Shown: positions 26,188 to 32,000 of the stretch, one piece after another
Layout of the letters: every line of letters starts with the position of its first letter
How positions within the stretch are numbered: the first letter of the stretch is position 1
Assembly (NCBI RefSeq): GCF_000341895.1
Contig: NC_020409.1
Location: 2,610,001 to 2,642,000 of the forward strand
Source of the DNA: Pseudodesulfovibrio piezophilus C1TLV30
GTDB taxonomy: Bacteria; Desulfobacterota; Desulfovibrionia; Desulfovibrionales; Desulfovibrionaceae
Length of the DNA: 32,000 bases
Direction of reading: 5' to 3'
Notes under the pieces: generated by a model
Told to the model about the DNA's origin: nothing
The model's input: only the letters and a program-made list of their open reading frames with translations
The model's database searches: none
Position numbers and translations under genes: made by a program

Positions 26188-26963
26188 AATCCTTTTATTC
26201 GGCCTTTGTCATTATAGACCCAAAAACTGTCCTGCTTGACATTGCCGATCAGTGTGATGCCGGTTTTGCGGGCGAGCTCCACGGAAAAGCTGGTCGCGAC
26301 TGCCGTGGAAATCATAATCGGAATACCGATGCGCAAGACCTTGAGCAGAATCTCGGACGCGACCCGGCCAGTGGAGACGATCATCTTGTTTTCCACGGAA
26401 ACATTGTCGAGGAAACACTGTCCGCATATCATGTCAATGGCGTTGTGTCGTCCGATGTCTTCACGAAAGAGGAGCATTTCCTCGGGCGTACAGAGTGATG
26501 AATTGTGGCAGCCCCGCGTAGCGTTGTAAAGGGTGGAGCGTTGATGAAGCTCATTGGTCAGGGCGAGTACCTGCTCAGGCGTGACCTGAATTTCGCCTGC
26601 CACACGGCGTTTGGAGATAGTGGTGACATTTCGGCCGAAATTGGTGCCCTTGCCGCAGCCGGAGGTGATGGATCGTTCCATGATGCGATCTTTCCAGGGA
26701 TCGTGGCATGTTTCGACCTCGGCTCTCAGGCGGGAACCTTCATCCCGGATGGTCAGATCCGTAATCTGGTCCGGGCTGGAAATGAACGCGTCGGATTTCA
26801 GGAACCCGACCGCGAGGTATTCCGGGTACTTAGCCGTGCACAGCAGGGTCACGACTTCTTGCCCGTTCAGAATGATGGTTAAGGGGACTTCTCGGATGGA
26901 CTGGATGTTTTTTTTGGAGAAGCCAGCCTTGTATTCATATATTTCGTAATCAGATGATTCCAT
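26184..26963 (-). CDS. fdhD: Formate dehydrogenase accessory sulfurtransferase FdhD
   Basis: EDIGRHNAIDM, SSGCGKG-like loop (TSGCGKGT), STGRVASE. Start set at MESSDYE (26963), which has AGAGGAAAG upstream. The listed 26981 ATG remains possible. Confidence 0.9.
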   Translation of the reverse strand: MESSDYEIYEYKAGFSKKNIQSIREVPLTIILNGQEVVTLLCTAKYPEYLAVGFLKSDAFISSPDQITDLTIRDEGSRLRAEVETCHDPWKDRIMERSITSGCGKGTNFGRNVTTISKRRVAGEIQVTPEQVLALTNELHQRSTLYNATRGCHNSSLCTPEEMLLFREDIGRHNAIDMICGQCFLDNVSVENKMIVSTGRVASEILLKVLRIGIPIMISTAVATSFSVELARKTGITLIGNVKQDSFWVYNDKGRIKGF

Positions 26964-27098
26964 TTTCTTTCCTCTGACCATGAGTTCAATTCTCTGTCAG
27001 CCATGGCGTTTTATCGTAGAGTACCCTATACTGAACCCTGATGACCCGATGCAAAGAAGCACCATTTACCCCAGTTTTCACACTGACGAGGATAGAAT

Positions 27099-27635
27099 AT
27101 GACTCCCCCCATCATCTGTATTGTCGGCAAAAAAAAGTCCGGGAAAACAACCTTTATCGAGAAGCTCCTCCCCGCGCTCCGGCGTCTCGGTATTTCCGTG
27201 GGCACGGTCAAGCACGATGCGCATTCTTTTGAAATGGACCATGAGGGCAAGGATTCGTGGCGACATCGTCAGGCCGGGGCAGAGACCGTGGTTGTCTCAT
27301 CGCCTTCCCAGGTGGCGGTGATCAAATCCGTGGAGAGCGAGATGTGGCTCAATGAGTTGGCAGAGGAGTTTTTCAGTGACCGGCAACTGATCATTGTCGA
27401 AGGGTATTACTTGTCCGATTATCCGAAGATCGAAGTGCACCGGGCTGATGCTCACCAACATCCGCTGTGTGACGTCCAGAATGAGACAGAAAAAAAACTC
27501 ATGGCCGTGGTTTCCGATACGGCGGTGAATACCGGTCGCCCTATTTTTGGATTGGAAGAAGCCGGAGAAGTGGCCACTTATATAGCCCGGCAGCATTTGG
27601 GGTGGGTGCACAATGGAATGTGGGGTGGCAATTGA
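27099..27635 (+). CDS. mobB: Molybdopterin-guanine dinucleotide biosynthesis adaptor MobB
   Basis: IICIVGKKKSGKTT (P-loop), VGTVKHDAH, GKDSWRH. Confidence 0.9.
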   Translation: MTPPIICIVGKKKSGKTTFIEKLLPALRRLGISVGTVKHDAHSFEMDHEGKDSWRHRQAGAETVVVSSPSQVAVIKSVESEMWLNELAEEFFSDRQLIIVEGYYLSDYPKIEVHRADAHQHPLCDVQNETEKKLMAVVSDTAVNTGRPIFGLEEAGEVATYIARQHLGWVHNGMWGGN

Positions 27636-27713
27636 GCTTCACGGCTTCTTCTGGCGTCCCGGAGGAGTTTCATGTAGCGTGGCGCACCTTTAATATGTGT
27701 GCCGAGGGGTATT

Positions 27714-29111
27714 ATGACTGAGAAGAATGGGTTCATGCCGGAGCTTCTGGCTCCGGCCGGGGATATGGAGAAGCTGGAAACCGCCATCCTCTATGGGGCT
27801 GACGCCGTCTACCTTGGTGGTGACAGTCTGAATTTACGGGCCGGAGCTGGGGGATTCTCTGCTCCAGGGCTGGTCAGAGGTGTCGAGTTGGCACGGGCCG
27901 CCGGGGTCAAGGTCTACTTCACCTTGAATGTTTATCCTCGCGAATCAATGCTCTCCAAGGTTCAGGAATATATAGAAGTTCTTGGTGAATTAAAACCGGA
28001 TGCGGTTATTGCCGCTGATCCGGGTGTTGTCAGGATGGTTCGGCGGGAGTTGCCGGATATTCCTGTTCATATCTCCACCCAGGCCAATACATCCAATTCC
28101 GAGTCCATCCGCTTTTGGCGGGAGTGTGGCGCATCGCGAGTCAATGTGGCTCGGGAACTCCGTTCTCAGGAATTGATGGAAATGCTTGCCATAGCCAGAA
28201 CTCAGATGCCGGATATGGATTTGGAAGTTTTTGTGCACGGAGCCATGTGCATGGCTGTTTCCGGTCGGTGTTACATGTCCGCTTTTCTCAATGACCGGCC
28301 AGGCAATCTGGGCCAATGTTCGCACCCGTGCCGCTATGAATATCGCCCCACTTCCGTGACATTCGAGGAACGGACACGTCCGGGGCAAGGCTTGTGGGAA
28401 CTGCGTGATTATACGCCGGAAAGCGATGGTGACGAGTTCCTTTTCGAGGAATCCGAAGAATTCGCATTCGAGCCGTTGGAGAATGGTCAGCAGGGACAGT
28501 CCATGGCTGATCCCGCGCTGACCATGGGACACAAATCCGGTGGATGGACCAAGATTTTTGCAGCGCAGGACTTGTGTCTGATGCATTATCTTGAATGGTT
28601 TTCCCGTATGAAGGTCGCCTCGGTCAAGCTTGAAGGACGGACAAAAAGCTCCGCATATCTGGCCCAGGTGGTGGATGCCTACAAAACAGCACTCACGGAT
28701 ATTCCCAAGGGGGAATTCAGGCCGGAGAAATACCTTTCCGAAGTCATCAATGCGGCTTCGAGGCCGCTGACGACCGGTTTTTTTGATCCAGATCGATGTG
28801 GTGCCATTGCCATGCCACCGGATGAAGGGGAAAAAAGGCCGGTTTTGGGCCGGGTATTGAGTCGGCTTGAGGAGAGCAAATGGTTGATTCAGACCAAGGC
28901 CCGTTGGAAGACGGATGAGGACATTGAATTGTTGATCCCTGGTCTTATCCGCCCACGCATCTCGCCTGAAGATTATGGTGTGGAAAATTCCCTGGGTCAG
29001 GGAATTGAAATATCTCATCCTGGTCAACAGGCTCAATTCATGTGTGATTATCCCGAGATCAAGCCCGGTATGTTCATCCGTAAACCATGGGATATGGATG
29101 ACTTGGATTAA
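27714..29111 (+). CDS. Peptidase-U32 family protein (likely Fe-S protein of the UbiU/UbiV/TrhP/RlhA superfamily)
   Basis: PELLAPAGD..., AIxYGADAVYLGG, and the four-Cys block CMAVSGRCYMSAFLNDRPGNLGQCSHPC. Start set at ATG 27714 after GAGGGG; the listed 27699 start is a GTG. Confidence 0.9.
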   Translation: MTEKNGFMPELLAPAGDMEKLETAILYGADAVYLGGDSLNLRAGAGGFSAPGLVRGVELARAAGVKVYFTLNVYPRESMLSKVQEYIEVLGELKPDAVIAADPGVVRMVRRELPDIPVHISTQANTSNSESIRFWRECGASRVNVARELRSQELMEMLAIARTQMPDMDLEVFVHGAMCMAVSGRCYMSAFLNDRPGNLGQCSHPCRYEYRPTSVTFEERTRPGQGLWELRDYTPESDGDEFLFEESEEFAFEPLENGQQGQSMADPALTMGHKSGGWTKIFAAQDLCLMHYLEWFSRMKVASVKLEGRTKSSAYLAQVVDAYKTALTDIPKGEFRPEKYLSEVINAASRPLTTGFFDPDRCGAIAMPPDEGEKRPVLGRVLSRLEESKWLIQTKARWKTDEDIELLIPGLIRPRISPEDYGVENSLGQGIEISHPGQQAQFMCDYPEIKPGMFIRKPWDMDDLD

Positions 29112-29731
29112 AAGGCTTTTGGGTTTCTTTTTATCATTTGTCGCGCCTGGGCCAATTCCTCGGGGTGATTGACATTGAAGAAGGATATCAACTCGGGGTC
29201 TCCGGCCATGAGATCGGTTACAGGGACCTCACGGACACGGACCTGATCAAAGAATCCCACTATCCTGAAGTTTTCCTGGCGCAACTGGGCATCGATCATT
29301 TCGAGGCATCGCTTCGAGTAGACTGCACAGAGAGGCTCCCTGTAGCCATCTTCCTTGATGGGAATGACGACATCGTCATCGGGAGTCACCTTGGTCAGGA
29401 GTCGCTGGACCAGGCCGGGACGAAGAAAAGGGGTATCGCAGGCGGCAAAGAACCCGTGGGATGAATTCATGGCCTTGAGCCCCGCATGGATTCCGGTGAG
29501 GGAACTGCGCGCCTGAAAGTGATCCAACGCCACAGGGACACCGTACGAAGAGAAATCTTTTGTGTCCCGCGCAGCTATAATGACCTCATCGAAAAGTGGT
29601 GTGTAGACATCAAGCAAACGGCGCAGAATGGTTTTTCCACCTACCTCAAGCAGTGCTTTTTTGACGGTTCCCATTCTCGTACCCAGCCCTCCGGCCAGAA
29701 TGATTCCTGTGATCTTCGATTGGTTCGGCAT
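29108..29731 (-). CDS. mobA: Molybdenum cofactor guanylyltransferase MobA
   Basis: ITGIILAGGLGTRMG, VIPI..DGYREPL, FFNVN. Confidence 0.9.
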   Translation of the reverse strand: MPNQSKITGIILAGGLGTRMGTVKKALLEVGGKTILRRLLDVYTPLFDEVIIAARDTKDFSSYGVPVALDHFQARSSLTGIHAGLKAMNSSHGFFAACDTPFLRPGLVQRLLTKVTPDDDVVIPIKEDGYREPLCAVYSKRCLEMIDAQLRQENFRIVGFFDQVRVREVPVTDLMAGDPELISFFNVNHPEELAQARQMIKRNPKAF

Positions 29732-29791
29732 GGAGAGGAGAGTAATTCATGGAAGATCAAATGGGAACCCCTCTACAACGGCGGAAAATGG

Positions 29792-30634
29792 ATGTACACG
29801 TATCTTATGTGGACCATACTGAAATTATTTGGAATCGCAGCCTGCTTTTATGCAGGTCTGACCGCTTGGATCTTTTTCTCACAGCACAGATTGCTTTACC
29901 GGGCGACGCAGACCCTGGTCGCCTCACCTGCTGATAGGGGATTGTGTCACGAGGACATCTGGCTGAAAAATAGCTTCGGAACTCGTCTTCACAGTTGGTG
30001 GCTTCCTGTGAAAAATCCGCGTTATGTGGTTCTTTTTTCTCATGGGAATGGGGGGAATGTTTCACATCGGCTCGAAACACTGTCTCTTTTCAATACCATG
30101 GGGTTTTCAACCTTGATCTACGAGTATTCCGGGTATGGACAAAGTCAGGGGCAGTCTTCGGAAAAGGCCATGCGGGCTGACGCACGGGCAGCCTGGGAGT
30201 GGCTTGTTCGTGAGAAGGGGGTGCCCCCGGAACGGATCATTTTGTTTGGCCGGTCTTTGGGAGGCGGGGTGACAGGACTTTTGGCCCGGGACTTGGCAGA
30301 CCAAGGGGTGTCTCCTGCCGCGCTGATTATGGAATCGACTTTCTCCTCCATGACGGATATGGCCACTAGAAAATATCCTTGGCTGCCGGTTCGCTGGCTG
30401 GTCCGATATCGATACGACACGATGGTGAATTTGGCAGCGGTTCACGTACCTGCGTTATTTTTGCACTCCCCGGACGATGATATCGTTCCTTATGCGTTTG
30501 GGGTCCGCCTCTTTCAGTCCTATTCAGGGCCGAAAACTTTTTTTGAATTGAGTGGAGAACATACCACAGGATTCCTTTCGATGGGCAGCAAATATGTCGA
30601 TGGATTGGAATCTTTTGTCTCTTCCTTGCCGTAG
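29792..30634 (+). CDS. Membrane-anchored alpha/beta hydrolase
   Basis: N-terminal TM helix (ILKLFGIAACFYAGLTAWIFF), HGNGGN oxyanion region, nucleophile elbow GRSLGG, HSPDDDIVP, and His in GEHTTGF. The listed ORF start 29486 lies antisense inside mobA, so the start was moved to ATG 29792. Confidence 0.85.
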   Translation: MYTYLMWTILKLFGIAACFYAGLTAWIFFSQHRLLYRATQTLVASPADRGLCHEDIWLKNSFGTRLHSWWLPVKNPRYVVLFSHGNGGNVSHRLETLSLFNTMGFSTLIYEYSGYGQSQGQSSEKAMRADARAAWEWLVREKGVPPERIILFGRSLGGGVTGLLARDLADQGVSPAALIMESTFSSMTDMATRKYPWLPVRWLVRYRYDTMVNLAAVHVPALFLHSPDDDIVPYAFGVRLFQSYSGPKTFFELSGEHTTGFLSMGSKYVDGLESFVSSLP

Positions 30635-30780
30635 CTTCTTTTCGGTTACGCGGGTATGGCTAGCAGGAAAAAATATCCTGTTGAGAAATGTTTCTTAATA
30701 TAACTTTTTAAAATAAATAAACATTTATATTATTGCATGGCTTTTGCTTCTCTTTTAACGATTTGAAAAGGAGGAACACT

Positions 30781-31056
30781 ATGCCTGGTATGGAAGCTCT
30801 GACGGGTCTTGAACCCCGTCTTGACCAGCTCAGCAAGAAGATTCAGGAGATACGGGAACGGTCACAGCCCCGTCAGTCCGAAAGTGTCGACAGTGCCATG
30901 GGTGTTATAGAGGGGAACCTCGGGCGGCAAGAGGCCCGTTTGGCATCCATGGATGTGAAGGAACTGTCTGGGCACTTATTACAGCAGCAAGGCGTTGTTC
31001 ATTCGTTGGACCCGGCCAAAGTTGCTGATTTGATCAGCGACCCTTTCGAAGACTAA
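30781..31056 (+). CDS. Hypothetical 91-aa soluble protein
   Basis: Strong AGGAGG 6 nt before the ATG at 30781 (MPGMEALTGLEPRLDQL...). Followed by a strong terminator. I do not recognise a family. Confidence 0.65.
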   Translation: MPGMEALTGLEPRLDQLSKKIQEIRERSQPRQSESVDSAMGVIEGNLGRQEARLASMDVKELSGHLLQQQGVVHSLDPAKVADLISDPFED

Positions 31057-31079
31057 CAGATCAAGATCGTGATTTTTTT

Positions 31080-31115
31080 CCCTGACTTGTGCTTGAGCGC
31101 AAGTCAGGGTGTTTT
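31080..31115 (+). terminator. Intrinsic terminator
   Basis: ccctgacttg (31080-31089) pairs with caagtcaggg (31100-31109), with further inner pairs, followed by tgtttt. Confidence 0.8.
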
Positions 31116-31716
31116 GCGTGCCTTTTCTTTGAACATCCAATAGAGTGGCATAGTTGTGCCTTTTCCTTTTTGCGCTTGTCTTTGTTGGTGCGAGGGCTTC
31201 TTGAAGTGGATGGTTTCATTTTTATTTCCAACAGTGTTGAGCAGTTGTCTTGGAGCAGTCGTTTTTTTGTCCGAAACCACTTGCGTCGTCTTCTGGCGGA
31301 GCGTATATTTGGATCAAAGGCTGGAAACCCTCCAGTGTGAGGGATGAGAGAAACAATCAAAGGAGGGTGGGAGGAAATAGACATCGATTTCTTCTGTAAG
31401 ACATCTGGCGAATTGAGTCGCCCTGCTCCCAGAAAGAGCGCCGTGCGCCATACCAAACGCACCAGGTCGTCATAAAGTGTTTATTTTGAAATGTCAGACC
31501 CTGGTACCAAGCCGGAGAATCCGGCAAGGCGCACTTTCCTTTGCCTCAGCCCATTTTATTTTCTTCTTGTTCTGGACAAACGGCTCAGGATGCTTATGTA
31601 TAAAGTGTAAGGCAAGAGCCATGACATAGACGGAATGAACCTTGACGGAGGGTGTGCCGCAATAAAACCATCTCAATCATATAACCGCGAAATGAGTCGC
31701 GACCAGAACCATTAGA

Positions 31717-31783
31717 GTGCGCATCAAGCCCATGGCAGAAAAGCCGGGGACCGCCGGGCAAACCGGCCAGCGCACTTTTTTTT
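31717..31783 (+). terminator. Terminator-like branched structure followed by T8
   Basis: gtgcgc (31717-31722) pairs with gcgcac (31770-31775), directly followed by T8. The enclosed hairpin is gccgg-gcaaa-ccggc (31753-31767). No upstream gene is identified. Confidence 0.4.
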
Positions 31784-31893
31784 ATCTTTCTTACCTTTCC
31801 TGATCGACATTCTCCTTCCCTCATCCCCGTATACATTGTAGCTTTTACGCAGGCCTGTTGATTGGCCGTGGCGGATGATCCGTGTCCCATGGT

Positions 31894-32000
31894 ATGGACA
31901 TGATCATGAAGTATTTTTTCCCTCTTCCTGTTTTTCTGCTGTTAGGAGCGATCAGTCTCGCTGCCTGCGGGGCTGATACTGTGCCCTCAGAGAAGGCTGT
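31894..32000 (+). CDS. Lipoprotein, N-terminal fragment (continues beyond the window)
   Basis: MDMIMKYFFPLPVFLLLGAISLAACGADTVP: a signal peptide with lipobox LAAC. Start at 31894, 31900 or 31906. No clear SD. Confidence 0.55.
   Translation, partial: MDMIMKYFFPLPVFLLLGAISLAACGADTVPSEKA

Noticed and set aside
27990-29036. 348-aa minus ORF
   Set aside because: It is antisense to the U32 gene, which has clear family motifs.
31144-31158. TGGCATAGTTGTGCC, a sigma-54-like motif
   Set aside because: GG and GC are separated by 9 nt rather than 10, and there is no downstream gene.
31061-31462. 133-aa, very basic minus ORF
   Set aside because: It has no SD and its 3' part is encoded by the terminator hairpin of the upstream + gene. 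Its Lys/Arg/Ser-rich composition looks like a translation artefact of a T/C-rich + strand.
31344-31475. Hand-found 43-aa + ORF (MRETIKGGWEEIDIDFFCK...)
   Set aside because: GAGGG abuts the ATG with no spacer, and the C-terminus is low-complexity basic sequence. Evidence is insufficient to call it a gene.
1-32000. CRISPR arrays, rRNA or tRNA genes, prophage or defence islands
   Set aside because: I saw no regularly spaced direct repeats, no RNA-gene signatures and no integrase, toxin or nuclease modules. The gene content is housekeeping-like throughout.

Overview
All calls come from reading the supplied translations and the DNA by eye; no BLAST, HMM or folding was run. The window looks like ordinary core chromosome of a moderate-GC anaerobe. 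Gene content suggests a Desulfovibrionales-like proteobacterium, which is an unverified inference.

About 30 protein genes are supported:
- Left end: a partial regulatory gene, class II photolyase, serB, a D-lyxose-isomerase-like cupin, and bactofilin plus a 50-aa ORF.
- A long minus-strand string: phosphohexomutase, YkgJ-like Cys-cluster protein, a MacAB-type pump (adaptor, ATPase, permease), a membrane protein and rnhA.
- hflK and hflC, an orphan CI/S24-type repressor, a REC-REC-GGDEF cyclase, panB, a polytopic membrane protein and an orphan GAF/HisKA_3 kinase.
- A queH, membrane protein and hemW operon.
- A formate-dehydrogenase and molybdenum-cofactor maturation cluster: fdhE, an IS1595-like gene, moeA, fdhD, mobB, a U32 protein and mobA.
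- Right end: an alpha/beta hydrolase, a 91-aa hypothetical and a partial lipoprotein.

I saw no rRNA, tRNA, CRISPR array, prophage, bounded IS element or recognisable defence system.

The most interesting unexplained signals are:
1. A well-formed sigma-54-type promoter with upstream palindromes at 5204-5648. It drives a ~300-nt hairpin-rich, CCUCC-rich minus-strand unit, which could be an sRNA or a leaderless 63-aa peptide.
2. An apparently domesticated IS1595-like transposase homologue placed directly behind fdhE.
3. A four-Cys U32 protein embedded in the Moco genes.
4. An S24 repressor whose catalytic Lys appears replaced by Arg.
5. Gene-poor structured stretches at 4888-5230, 24590-24933 and 31116-31893.

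None of these is proven; I found no clear-cut novel multi-gene system.
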